Shown here one piece after another: positions 22,768-32,441 of a stretch of DNA of 64,000 nt (positions within the stretch are counted from its first letter, which is position 1; every line of letters begins with the position of its first letter). The position numbers and the translations under genes are program-made. The notes under the pieces are model-generated. The model saw only the letters and a list, made by a program, of their open reading frames with translations. It did no database searches and was not told the DNA's origin. This stretch comes from Escherichia coli (GTDB lineage: Bacteria > Pseudomonadota > Gammaproteobacteria > Enterobacterales > Enterobacteriaceae): NCBI RefSeq assembly GCF_003991155.1, contig NZ_CP031293.1; one strand, 5' to 3'.

Positions 22768-23469
22768 ATGAAAGGAGTAACCCGTCAAACGGGGATTATC
22801 AGCGATATTGACGAAACCAGTGTTCGGGTACGGGTCACTCTACCAGAGTGTGACAATCTGAAGAGCAACTGGCTTGCGGTACTTCAACGCAATTCCCAGG
22901 ACAATAAAGACTACTGGCTACCGGATATGGGCGAGCAAGTGGAAGTTCTGCTGGACGATAACGGTGAAGATGGCGTGGTGCTGGGTGCCGTTTATTCTAC
23001 GGTTGACACCGCGCCTGTAGCCTCGCGCGACAAACGTTACGTCCAGTTTTCTGATGGCGCAGCGTTTGAATATGACCGCAGCACGCACCAGCTGACGATT
23101 AACGGCGGTATCGAGAAAATCGTGATTGAGGTTATCGACAGCACCCGCCTGACATCGCCCAACGTTGAGATTAAAGCCCAACACGTCACCGTGACTTCCG
23201 ATACCGTCGATGTTAAAGCGACCGATGTCAGCATCGACGCCACTAAGGTCGAGGTTAAAGCAGCAGCAGTGACGGTAGATGCGCCCATGAGCACCTTTAC
23301 TGGCAACGTCACGGTAATGAAAAAACTCACCTGGCTTGGCGGGATGGCAGGAAGTGGAGGCATCGGTAACGCAGCCACGATAACCGGCAATGTCAACGTG
23401 ATCGGCAACGTTCAGGCCAGCGGCGCATTGCAGGACAGCGGTGGCAACTCCAACCACCATTCACACTGA
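22768..23469 (+). CDS. Baseplate assembly protein V-like (central spike)
   Basis: 233-aa ORF; N-terminal OB-fold-like region and C-terminal repetitive beta region (VTVTSDTVDVKATDVSIDATKVEVKAAAVTVDA) typical of gpV spikes. Confidence 0.8.
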   Translation: MKGVTRQTGIISDIDETSVRVRVTLPECDNLKSNWLAVLQRNSQDNKDYWLPDMGEQVEVLLDDNGEDGVVLGAVYSTVDTAPVASRDKRYVQFSDGAAFEYDRSTHQLTINGGIEKIVIEVIDSTRLTSPNVEIKAQHVTVTSDTVDVKATDVSIDATKVEVKAAAVTVDAPMSTFTGNVTVMKKLTWLGGMAGSGGIGNAATITGNVNVIGNVQASGALQDSGGNSNHHSH

Positions 23470-23472
23470 CTT

Positions 23473-23505
23473 TTAACCCGCCTGATGGCGGGTTTTCTCT
23501 TTTTA
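23473..23505 (+). terminator. Hairpin (AACCCGCCtgatGGCGGGTT) plus T-rich tract after the spike gene; possible partial intra-operon terminator
   Basis: Perfect 8-bp stem followed by TTCTCTTTTT. Confidence 0.5.
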
Positions 23506-23567
23506 ATCAATCAGTTTTCTAAATCGCTTTAATATCTCCACAGCCCGTTCAGGGCGAAAATACCCTC

Positions 23568-23927
23568 ATGAACACAAAAACACGCCCCTCAACGCTGCAC
23601 TGGCAACCGGCCTTGCAGCGGCCTGAAGAATACGTCTGCGGGCTGGATGATATTCACCAGGCAATACACATCATTCTGCGTACACCGCGCGGCAGTGATC
23701 CCCACAGACCGCTGTTTGGCAGCAACTTGTGGCACTACATCGATTACCCCATCGAGCGGGCTATCCCGCATGTGGTACGGGAGTCGGTGGAAGCCATCCG
23801 CCAGTGGGAACCGCGCTGTCGGTTGCTGAAGGTGACACCAGTAATCGACGGCGAACATCTGACGTTACGTGTGCAATGGCGCGCCGCTGACGGCGTTATC
23901 AACTCAACGGAGGTGTTATGGCGATAG
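23568..23927 (+). CDS. Baseplate wedge protein gpW / gp25-like
   Basis: 119-aa ORF; PRGSDPHRPLFGSNLWHYIDYP resembles the GPW_gp25 family core. Confidence 0.75.
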   Translation: MNTKTRPSTLHWQPALQRPEEYVCGLDDIHQAIHIILRTPRGSDPHRPLFGSNLWHYIDYPIERAIPHVVRESVEAIRQWEPRCRLLKVTPVIDGEHLTLRVQWRAADGVINSTEVLWR

Positions 23928-25033
23928 CCGAACCCAATTTTATTGACCGCGATCCTGCGCAAATTACCAGTGAGATGATTGCGCAATACGAAGATGCCAG
24001 TGGTAAAAAACTCTATCCGGCACAGGCTGAGCGGTTGCTCATCGACCTGTTTGCCTATCGTGAAAACCTTGTACGCATCGCCATTCAGGAAGCGGCGAAA
24101 CAAAACCTGGTCGCGTATTCCCGCGCGCCAATGCTGGATTATTTAGGGGAGTTGGTGGGAGTTCACCGTTTGCCTGCGCAGCCTGCAAAAACGACGTTGC
24201 AGTTTTCGGTCGTTAGTGCGTATCCCGGCAATATCCTGATTCCCCAGGGGACGCGGGCCAGTGCCTCTGATAGCGTGATGTTCGCCACCGATGAAGATGT
24301 TCTGCTTCCGGCCAGGAGTTTGCATATCGCCGTTCCTGCCACCAGCCTCGCAGCAGGTGAACAGGGTAACGGCTGGCAGCCTGCACAAATTAGCGCACTG
24401 GTCGACAGGATTGGTCATTATGACATCAACGTAACCAACCTGACTGCGTCAACGGGCGGCTGCGGTGAAGAGAGCGATGACGCATTGCGCCAGCGTATCC
24501 AACTGGCACCAGAAAGCTTTAGTAATGCGGGCAGCTATGGTGCCTACCGCTTTCATACGCTTTCTGTTAGCCAGTCGATTATTGACGTTGCAGTACTGGG
24601 GCCGGACGAGGGATTGCCAGAAGGCTGCGTGGAGATCTACCCGCTAACCCTGAATGGTCTACCCGGCACGGAGTTGCTGGCGCAGATTGAACAAGAAGTC
24701 AGCAAGGAGAAAAAACGACCGCTGACCGACAAAGTGAGTGCGAAATGCGCTCTTCGAGTGCCGTATGAGATCCGTGCGCAGCTAATGCTGTTTACCACCG
24801 CCGATCAGGAGACAACGCTGGCTGCGGCGCGTAAAGCGATTAGCCTCTGGACGCAACAGCGGCAGAAACATCTGGGGCAGGACATTGTGCCAAACCAGAT
24901 AATCAAAGTGTTACAGGTCGATGGCGTCTATGACGTTGCGCTGAATATGCCTACAAAACGTATTTTGCAGGCGCATGAATGGGCGGAATGCACTGCAATA
25001 GACGTCACGATTGCCGGAGTCAGCGATGGATAA
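23918..25033 (+). CDS. Baseplate protein J-like
   Basis: 371-aa ORF after gpW with GGAGG RBS; W-J-I order. Confidence 0.8.
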   Translation: MAIAEPNFIDRDPAQITSEMIAQYEDASGKKLYPAQAERLLIDLFAYRENLVRIAIQEAAKQNLVAYSRAPMLDYLGELVGVHRLPAQPAKTTLQFSVVSAYPGNILIPQGTRASASDSVMFATDEDVLLPARSLHIAVPATSLAAGEQGNGWQPAQISALVDRIGHYDINVTNLTASTGGCGEESDDALRQRIQLAPESFSNAGSYGAYRFHTLSVSQSIIDVAVLGPDEGLPEGCVEIYPLTLNGLPGTELLAQIEQEVSKEKKRPLTDKVSAKCALRVPYEIRAQLMLFTTADQETTLAAARKAISLWTQQRQKHLGQDIVPNQIIKVLQVDGVYDVALNMPTKRILQAHEWAECTAIDVTIAGVSDG

Positions 25034-25742
25034 ATTGCTGCCACCGCCGCCGCTTGCCAGCGATGAGCGTTTTTCGATTCTGGCAAACATCGCCGCCGAG
25101 CGTTTTGCCCAACTCGATCTGACGGCGTTGATGGTTTATCTGGTCGACCTGGTTGATGCTTCGGCATTACCAGCCCTTGCAGAACAATTTCACGTTCAGG
25201 GGCTGGAAGGTTGGTTATTTACCACCGATGAGCGGGAGAAACGCGAGTTAATTAAACAAGCCATTGAACTGCATAAATATAAAGGAACAATTTGGGCGGT
25301 ACGGCGAGTGCTGGAAATACTTTCCTTACCCGGAACTATTTCAGAATGGTTTGAATATGGGGGAAGGGCTTATTTTTTTAAGGTAAATATTACACTAGAG
25401 GAAAAAGGATTAAATGAAGATGAATTCAATGCACTTATCACATTAATTCATGAATATAAAAATGTTCGTTCAAAGCTGGAAAGCATTGTTATTTGGCTTA
25501 TTAATCGAAGCCCAATACCAGTTATTGGCAGCGCCATGCAAGGAGGGGAAGTCATTACAGTATTGCCTCCTGTTGCAGAAAGCCTCAGCCAGTCATCAGG
25601 AATATTTTTAGCGACGGGTTATTGTGTGGAGGAATATATCCAACTACTACCTTATCAACCCGATCGCCTTACACAATCCCAACCGATGAAGGTCGGCACA
25701 GGATACTGGAGCACCGAAATTATGTCTGTATATCCGGAGTAA
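25026..25742 (+). CDS. Tail protein I-like (baseplate)
   Basis: About 238-aa ORF from ATG 25026 overlapping J stop; position before tail fiber. Confidence 0.7.
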   Translation: MDKLLPPPPLASDERFSILANIAAERFAQLDLTALMVYLVDLVDASALPALAEQFHVQGLEGWLFTTDEREKRELIKQAIELHKYKGTIWAVRRVLEILSLPGTISEWFEYGGRAYFFKVNITLEEKGLNEDEFNALITLIHEYKNVRSKLESIVIWLINRSPIPVIGSAMQGGEVITVLPPVAESLSQSSGIFLATGYCVEEYIQLLPYQPDRLTQSQPMKVGTGYWSTEIMSVYPE

Positions 25743-25744
25743 TA

Positions 25745-27325
25745 ATGGCAAGTGAATTTTTTACAATATTAACTGCTGCAGGCAAAGCCAAAATTGCCTC
25801 AGCACTGGCCGAGCAAAAACAGATCCGTCTGCAAACTATGGTAGTTGGCGACGGTAATGGTAAATATATCGAACCGACAGAAAGTCAGACCAAAGTAGTC
25901 CATGAGGTCTGGCGTGGTCAGCTCAATACATTAAAAATTGCGCCAGATAATCCGGCCTGGGTTATCGCAGAAGCGATTATTCCCGAACAAGTCGGAGGCT
26001 GGTATGTACGCGAAGTTGGGTTACTGGATACCGACGGCACGCTGGTCGCTATTGGTAAATTCCCGGAAACCTATAAGCCACGATTACCTGCGGGGGCCAG
26101 TAAGCAAATCGTTATACGCGCGGTCATGGAAGTCACCAATGCAGACGCGGTGACGCTTTTGATCGACCCTTCAGTCGTTGTGGCAACCAGGGAATATGTC
26201 GATGACGCGTTGAAAACACATCAGCAATCACGAAATCATCCTGATGCGACGCTGACACAAAAAGGTTTTACGCAGCTCAGTAATGCAACTAATAGCGATG
26301 ATGAGACTAAAGCAGCCACGCCAAAAGCGGTAAAAACGGCATATGACCTGGCAAATAGCAAAGCCGCAACCAGTCATACTCATGCCTGGAATCAGATTAC
26401 TGGTATCCCTGACGGTACACTGACGCAGAAAGGAGTCGTTAAACTTAACAACACAACAAATAGCACCAGTACAACGGAAGCTGCAACGCCAAGTGCGGTT
26501 AAAGCAGCGATGGACAAGGCTATTGCTGCGGCGCCGTCCAGCCATACCCATGCCTGGGGGCAAATAACAGGTATCCCCGACGGTACGCTGACACAAAAAG
26601 GGGTCGTGAAACTTAATAATGCGACCAACAGCACCAGTACGACGGAAGCTGCGACGCCGAACGCGGTTAAGGCAGCGATGGATAAGGCTATTGCTGCGGA
26701 AAGCTGTCCTGTTGGGATGCCTATTCCCTGGCCATCTGATTCTGTACCTTCAGGCTACGCTCTGATGACAGGTCAGACATTTAATAAAACCTCCTATCCC
26801 AAACTGGCAATTGCATATCCATCTGGTGTTATTCCTGATATGCGCGGATGGATAATTAAAGGAAAACCATCCAGTGGGCGCGCTATATTATCTACTGAAC
26901 TGGATGGAGTTAAATCACATAACCATACGGGCAGTATTTCGAGTACTGATTTAGGGACGAAAACCACACCCCTCACAGACTTGGGGACTAAAACTGCATC
27001 ATCATTTAACCATGGAAATAAAACAACAAGTTCATCTGGCTCAGGCTCGGCAACTGCAACAGTAAGAACAGGGACATCTTCACCAGAGGGCCAAGGCGAC
27101 TGGACATCATATGGCCCTGGTACCGGATCATCTTTGGCAATTAATGTTCCATCACACGTTCATAGTGTTACAATTGGTTCCCATTCGCACACTGTTGCGC
27201 TCGGCACCCATTCGCATTCAATTGCACTTGGTTCCCATAACCACTCCCTAACCATTAATAATACCGGCAGCACCGAAAACACCGTCAAAAATATCGCATT
27301 CAACTATATTGTGAGGCTAGCATGA
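25745..27325 (+). CDS. Tail fiber protein (P2 gpH-like N-terminal anchor, repeat region, His-x-His tip)
   Basis: N-terminus [23 protein letters not shown]...HEVWRGQLN...[12 protein letters not shown] resembles the conserved P2 H N-terminal domain; three tandem ~45-aa repeats; C-terminal [22 protein letters not shown]. Confidence 0.85.
   Translation: MASEFFTILTAAGKAKIASALAEQKQIRLQTMVVGDGNGKYIEPTESQTKVVHEVWRGQLNTLKIAPDNPAWVIAEAIIPEQVGGWYVREVGLLDTDGTLVAIGKFPETYKPRLPAGASKQIVIRAVMEVTNADAVTLLIDPSVVVATREYVDDALKTHQQSRNHPDATLTQKGFTQLSNATNSDDETKAATPKAVKTAYDLANSKAATSHTHAWNQITGIPDGTLTQKGVVKLNNTTNSTSTTEAATPSAVKAAMDKAIAAAPSSHTHAWGQITGIPDGTLTQKGVVKLNNATNSTSTTEAATPNAVKAAMDKAIAAESCPVGMPIPWPSDSVPSGYALMTGQTFNKTSYPKLAIAYPSGVIPDMRGWIIKGKPSSGRAILSTELDGVKSHNHTGSISSTDLGTKTTPLTDLGTKTASSFNHGNKTTSSSGSGSATATVRTGTSSPEGQGDWTSYGPGTGSSLAINVPSHVHSVTIGSHSHTVALGTHSHSIALGSHNHSLTINNTGSTENTVKNIAFNYIVRLA
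26244..26700 (+). repeat. Intragenic tandem repeats (three ~135-bp units) within the tail fiber gene
   Basis: Repeated [12 protein letters not shown](A/T)[12 protein letters not shown](S/N)[12 protein letters not shown]...HTHAW(N/G)QITGIPDG seen at DNA and protein level. Confidence 0.7.
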
Positions 27326-28029
27326 ATACTTTTACCTTTTCTGATGAAGCTCAAATACTAACTGTATATAATTTTTCACAAGACTCCCAAGAATATATCG
27401 GTGAGTCTGATGCATACATTGCACCTAATACAGGCTTGCCAAATTATTGCACATTAATTTCACCTCCCGAAAAGGCTCCTGGTTTTACTCCAGTGTGGGA
27501 GAATGAAACATGGAGACTTATTGAAGATCATCGAGGCCAAACTGTTTATAACAAAGTTGATGGTAGCCAGCTTATTATTCAAGAATTGGGCCAATTACCT
27601 GAAAATGTAACAGTCATTTCCCCGACAGGTTCTTTTGAACGTTGGGATGGTGAAAAATGGCAACCATCTATAACCGATGCTAAAGAGGCGAAATACTCTG
27701 CAATCAAAAATCAACGCGATGCCATCACAACCGATTACATCATCATCAACAACCATCACTTCCACAGTGATACAAATAGCCGTATCCAACAGCTTTCACT
27801 CACAAAAATGGGAGCGGAGAAAAAAATTCCGCCAGGGTTAATGTGGAAAACTAAAAATAATGGTCTGATTGAGTTAACCAACGAAATCGCTGCCCAGTTT
27901 GAATCGGTCACCATGGATCACGATATGCGCTTGTTCGCAAACGCCCAGCGTCATATCGCGGCGGTGGAAGCACTGGACGATATTCAGGCGGTGCTCGACT
28001 ACGATTATTCAACAGGCTGGCAACCATGA
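27322..28029 (+). CDS. Tail fiber assembly (chaperone) protein
   Basis: 235-aa ORF overlapping the fiber stop (ATGA); lower GC than surrounding genes, typical of host-range modules. Confidence 0.75.
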   Translation: MNTFTFSDEAQILTVYNFSQDSQEYIGESDAYIAPNTGLPNYCTLISPPEKAPGFTPVWENETWRLIEDHRGQTVYNKVDGSQLIIQELGQLPENVTVISPTGSFERWDGEKWQPSITDAKEAKYSAIKNQRDAITTDYIIINNHHFHSDTNSRIQQLSLTKMGAEKKIPPGLMWKTKNNGLIELTNEIAAQFESVTMDHDMRLFANAQRHIAAVEALDDIQAVLDYDYSTGWQP

Positions 28030-28481
28030 GTAAAACCACTGTCTGGCTCGCTTGTTATAAGGGCCGAACAGAGCACCGTGGTATTGCCCGACTGGCTGAC
28101 TGGCTTACCCGTAAAATCACACGCGGTAGTTATTCCCACTGTGAATTAGCCGTTAAGCATGGTGAAAAGAGATACCTTTGTTACTCCGCATCACTGCGCG
28201 ATCGCGGTGTACGCGGAAAAATAATGCCATTGCCAGCGGATAAGTGGGATATGCTGCCGCTCCAGGCCAGCCTTCAGGATGTGGAAACTTTTTTCCGTAA
28301 ACATGATGGCAAAAAATATGACTGGCGCGGAGCATTAGGAATTATTATCGGTAATAAAGAACAGCGCGATCGCCTGTTTTGCAGTGAATTTTGTGCTGAA
28401 TTTCTGCAACTGAAGGAAAGCTGGCGCTATTCTCCAAACCACTTGTACGCTTTAGTCAGTAGCTGGCAATATCAGCCGTAA
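28026..28481 (+). CDS. Hypothetical protein (151 aa), Cys/His-containing, translationally coupled to tail fiber assembly gene
   Basis: Intact ORF with ATGA overlap to upstream gene; no confident family assignment. Confidence 0.5.
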   Translation: MSKTTVWLACYKGRTEHRGIARLADWLTRKITRGSYSHCELAVKHGEKRYLCYSASLRDRGVRGKIMPLPADKWDMLPLQASLQDVETFFRKHDGKKYDWRGALGIIIGNKEQRDRLFCSEFCAEFLQLKESWRYSPNHLYALVSSWQYQP

Positions 28482-28495
28482 AATAACGCCGGGCA

Positions 28496-29296
28496 TCACG
28501 CCCGGCGCATTACCGTCTGGTACAGTAAACTATCCAGTTCCTTAACGTCCCCTTCTCTGCTATCCGGTAACACTGGTGGAGTTTCCCCGCGCGCCAGCTC
28601 CGCGCGAATAAACGCATGTAACAAAGGACGACGCGGACCATATTCCGCCTCCCCCGCTCGCTGTTTACGCTCCAGCAGTTCGTCTATTTCTACGCGTAAC
28701 GGCGCATCAAGCTCGCTTCCCGCCAGTAACTCGGAAAAGCGCATTGGCGGCACGCCTTTTCCCGCTTCAACCCAGCGTACGGCCAGCAGCGGACGCAGCA
28801 CGTAAAAGTATTTTTTCAGTCGAACTTCATCGCCCTGCAAATAGCCGCGGAAGTTTTTCTGCGCCATCGAATAGTAATGCCAGCGTGCACGCAACGAAGA
28901 AAACCACATTGGGACCATTGCCTTAAGCGCCGTTATCGTTTCTTCATCTTGTTGATAGACCACCGGAGAATCCAGCCATTCTATCAGCGTCGGATTCGCG
29001 CCTTTCAATAATCCCAGCGCCTTACGCCACTCCCAACCGGAAACATCTAATTCGTCGTCGATGGGCAGCTCGATAACATCGCGCGGTGACTCTACACGCA
29101 GATACCATTCCAGCGGATGGACATACAAAAACCGTACATCGTAGTCGCTATCGGGCGAGGCAAATCCCCAGCCGCGGCTGCCTGATTCGCAGGCGTACAG
29201 CACTTTCACGCCATAGAGACGTTCTATTTCTTTTAACTGCTGCGATACCCGTTCGCGCATCGCAGCACTGACTCCATTTAATGGCATGTTACTCAC
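28496..29296 (-). CDS. Pol-beta-superfamily nucleotidyltransferase-domain protein
   Basis: 266-aa ORF with N-terminal motif ESGSRGWGFASPDSDYDVRF (GS-x9-12-D-x-D nucleotidyltransferase signature); C-terminal ~200 aa unassigned. Confidence 0.7.
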   Translation of the reverse strand: MSNMPLNGVSAAMRERVSQQLKEIERLYGVKVLYACESGSRGWGFASPDSDYDVRFLYVHPLEWYLRVESPRDVIELPIDDELDVSGWEWRKALGLLKGANPTLIEWLDSPVVYQQDEETITALKAMVPMWFSSLRARWHYYSMAQKNFRGYLQGDEVRLKKYFYVLRPLLAVRWVEAGKGVPPMRFSELLAGSELDAPLRVEIDELLERKQRAGEAEYGPRRPLLHAFIRAELARGETPPVLPDSREGDVKELDSLLYQTVMRRA

Positions 29297-30420
29297 CCTT
29301 TGATATTAACCAACCCATGCAGAACCTGATCCAGACCGCCAAATACAGAGATGTTATCGATCCGCTCAGCCACTCTCTCCAGCGTTTCCAGTTCTTTTAA
29401 GCGTAACGCCACCGGGTTGTTTTCCATGACTTTAGCGGTATTGAGTAACGAACGTGTCGCTGCCGTTTCTTCACGCCGACGAATCACATTCGCCTGCGCA
29501 GATTTCTCTGCCTCAACCAGCTGCGCGAGGATATTTTTCATATCACCAGGCAGGACGATATCTTTCACCCCTAATGAGGCAATCTCCATACCAAATGGCA
29601 ACATACGCGATTTAACCTGTTCGCTGACAACGTCATCAATGACCTGTTTATCTTCCAGCAACTCATCCAGCGTACGCGTACCTACCGCTTCACGCAGTGC
29701 AAATTGCAATTCCCGATACAAATGATCAATCGGCTTCGTTAACTGACTAAATGCCAATAACACGTCGCTGTAGCGCCAGTTGGCGGCGAGGTTAATCCGC
29801 AGATTGACCTTATCTTTCGTTAAGATTTCTTGCCCGCTGACTTCCAGTACCTGCAAGCGGGTGTCAACCACTTCAGCTTCAACCAGATGGTTAATTTTCC
29901 AGTACGCAGTCAGCCCCGGCGGTAACAGCGCCTGCGTTTCACCATCGATTTTCAGTACACCTACGTGCCAGGCCGGAACCTGCACCGTCAGTATCGCATC
30001 GCGGCCTTTAACTGCCCCTTTGCGCCGTGGCTGCAATACCGCATTCATCACCTCCGTTTGAACCTGGACTTGCTGCGTATTCATCCGCACCAGCGTCAAA
30101 TCATCCTCTACACGCCAGTACAAACGACGCGTTGATGGCGGCAGGATCTCCAGCAAAATACCGTCCATATACAACGCCCCGGCTTCAGTCTCCGACAAGT
30201 CGGCCACCACGCAATATCTTTCCACCCAATCAGGCTGAAAGCGGCGCAAATAATCCGCCAGCACGTCGGGAACTTCGCTGCCATCGAACGTAATCAGCAA
30301 GACTTCTGGCGTATTTAACCAGGGTAAAAGATGCTCGCCTGCATGCAGCACTTTGTAGTAATCGCCATTTCTGGAGAGTAATGCCAGCTGATCTTTTCTT
30401 ACGCTTATTTTCTTAATCAT
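29293..30420 (-). CDS. SPFH (band-7/stomatin-prohibitin-flotillin) domain protein with ~170-aa N-terminal extension
   Basis: 375-aa ORF; C-terminal half shows SPFH-like region followed by coiled coil (EAEKSAQANVIRRREETAATR...); 4-nt overlap with downstream NTase gene; AGGAA RBS. Confidence 0.75.
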   Translation of the reverse strand: MIKKISVRKDQLALLSRNGDYYKVLHAGEHLLPWLNTPEVLLITFDGSEVPDVLADYLRRFQPDWVERYCVVADLSETEAGALYMDGILLEILPPSTRRLYWRVEDDLTLVRMNTQQVQVQTEVMNAVLQPRRKGAVKGRDAILTVQVPAWHVGVLKIDGETQALLPPGLTAYWKINHLVEAEVVDTRLQVLEVSGQEILTKDKVNLRINLAANWRYSDVLLAFSQLTKPIDHLYRELQFALREAVGTRTLDELLEDKQVIDDVVSEQVKSRMLPFGMEIASLGVKDIVLPGDMKNILAQLVEAEKSAQANVIRRREETAATRSLLNTAKVMENNPVALRLKELETLERVAERIDNISVFGGLDQVLHGLVNIKG

Positions 30421-30948
30421 TATCTATTCCTTGCTTAACAGCCGTCGCGGAAGCAGATACGAAGCGACAGGGGAATTCCCTTTTGCCTGTTACCCGGCGT
30501 CTTTATCGGCGACGTTATCGGGGATCGCTGACTGTGCAATCCCTCATTTTTTATTTAATAAGTTACAACCAGTATTCATTTCAGGAATGAATTCGGGAAT
30601 CGAACCCATAATTGGCGTCAAAGGCTGACGGAACACGCCCGGAAAACAGCCTGGCCGTTCCTGGTGTGCCGACGGGGTTTAATCCCCTTTGAAATTCAGT
30701 ATCAACGCAAAAGTGTTATTGCGAGAAGCGTGCCAGAATTGAGAAAAACCATTAACAAAATGAAAAATAAAGAGTTAATAAATTACTGTTGTTTGTAGGG
30801 GGAAAACTTTTTGCTAAATTTTTATCTGTATTTATCGTCAATTATCAAGAAAGATAGATATTTAAGAAGGGAACAAAGGAATATTATCAGTTCTGCTCGC
30901 AAACGAATTCCCGTACACTGAACTCTCTGGCTCACTGAGGGCACCATC

Positions 30949-31221
30949 ATGGCACTCCCCCGTATTACCCAAAAAGAGATGACTGAACGCGAGCAGCGTG
31001 AACTTAAAACATTGCTGGATCGGGCGCGGATTGCGCATGGTCGCGTACTGACCAACTCCGAAACCAACAGCATTAAGAAAGAGTACATCGATAAATTAAT
31101 GGTCGAGCGTGAGGCTGAAGCGAAAAAAGCCCGCCAATTGAAGAAAAAGCAGGCTTATAAACCGGATCCTGAGGCGTCATTTAGCTGGTCAGCAAATACG
31201 TCGACGCGCGGCAGGCGCTGA
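30949..31221 (+). CDS. yjbD: YjbD (DUF3811 family small protein)
   Basis: 90-aa ORF MALPRITQKEMTEREQRELKTLLDRARIAHGRVLTNSE... Confidence 0.85.
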   Translation: MALPRITQKEMTEREQRELKTLLDRARIAHGRVLTNSETNSIKKEYIDKLMVEREAEAKKARQLKKKQAYKPDPEASFSWSANTSTRGRR

Positions 31222-32094
31222 TTAACGCCCCTTCTTTTTGCGCCCCGGCGAGGTAAAACGCTTACCGTTGGACGCCGGGCGACCGCCTTTTTCCGCCGTT
31301 TTTTCCATCTTAACGACTGGACGTTTGATGCCTACCGTTTTCGGTTTGGCCTTCGCTTTAGGTTTTGCCTCGGAAGAGGAATTTTCGATGAGCCTAAAGA
31401 GGTCGATTAACTCATCGTCGGTTAAATCGCGCCACTCCCCCAGCGGAATGCCGCTTAAGCTGACGTTCATAATGCGCGTACGTTCCAGCTTTTTCACTTC
31501 GTAACCAAAGTGCTCGCACATGCGACGGATCTGACGGTTCAGCCCCTGCACCAGGGTAATGCGGAAGACAAACGGCGCTTCTTTTTTGACTTTGCACTTT
31601 TTCGTCACCGTCCCGAGGATCGGCACTCCCGCCCCCATACCACGAATAAATTCATCGGTAATCGGTTTATCAACCGTCACCAGATACTCTTTCTCATGAT
31701 CGTTACCCGCACGGAGGATCTTATTCACCAGATCGCCGTGATTGGTGAGGAAAATCAGCCCCTGGGAGTCTTTATCCAGGCGGCCAATCGGGAACACGCG
31801 TTTGCTGTGGTTAACGAAATCGACAATGTTATCGCGCTCGCCATCTTCGGTGGTGCTGACAATACCGACGGGCTTGTTCAGGGCGATAAGTACCAAATCT
31901 TCGGCTTCCCGAGGCTCAATCAACTGACCATTTACTTTCACAACGTCGCCGGGTTTCACCTGATCGCCAATGGTGGCTCGCTTGCCATTAAGGAACACAT
32001 TGCCTTGCTCGATATAGCGATCCGCTTCGCGGCGTGAGCAAATTCCGCTTTCGCTGATGTATTTATTTAAACGGACTGATGAGTCGGGCAGCAT
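31222..32094 (-). CDS. rluF: 23S rRNA pseudouridine synthase F
   Basis: 290-aa ORF with S4 domain N-terminus ([26 protein letters not shown]) and RluA/RsuA-type catalytic core; basic C-terminal tail. Confidence 0.93.
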   Translation of the reverse strand: MLPDSSVRLNKYISESGICSRREADRYIEQGNVFLNGKRATIGDQVKPGDVVKVNGQLIEPREAEDLVLIALNKPVGIVSTTEDGERDNIVDFVNHSKRVFPIGRLDKDSQGLIFLTNHGDLVNKILRAGNDHEKEYLVTVDKPITDEFIRGMGAGVPILGTVTKKCKVKKEAPFVFRITLVQGLNRQIRRMCEHFGYEVKKLERTRIMNVSLSGIPLGEWRDLTDDELIDLFRLIENSSSEAKPKAKAKPKTVGIKRPVVKMEKTAEKGGRPASNGKRFTSPGRKKKGR

Positions 32095-32441
32095 AAATTC
32101 TCCTGTAAAACGCGGAATATACCGTACCTCTTAGCGGGGAAAAACAGGGTTATGCGGCAACGTCGAAATTAAATGTGATCTGCCACGCCTTTTATCACAA
32201 AAGTGTCTCCGGAAGTACGATGCAAATTTGCCTGGCAAAATAAGGATAATCAACATATTACGAATCGCTGCACACCTGTGCTGATGACTACTACGCAGAG
32301 AAACAAATGTGCAAGAGAAAGCGCTATTTCTCCCCATGCAAAGAGTGAAAAATCGCTTTGAAAGGCCATCATGATGGGGTTATATCAGATCAAGCGGTGA
32401 GAAAGCGTATTTGCACAAATGTGCAGAACCAGGAGGCGGCA

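Larger units (their letters stand above)
12742..30948. mobile_element. About 18 kb accessory island between lysC and yjbD: Mor-like regulator, lysis cassette, Mu/P2-like contractile tail module, SPFH/nucleotidyltransferase pair; no head, replication or integration genes (candidate tailocin locus or prophage remnant)
   Basis: Bounded by core genes lysC and yjbD (recalled as neighbours in K-12); gene content read from translations. Confidence 0.6.

Noticed and set aside
30570-30625. tRNA-like T-arm motif (GGAATCGAACCC) that could mark a phage attachment site
   Set aside because: Surrounding sequence does not fold into acceptor/T-arm structure of a tRNA and no CCA-proximal acceptor stem is present; more likely a simple 7-bp inverted repeat (ATTCATT...AATGAAT).
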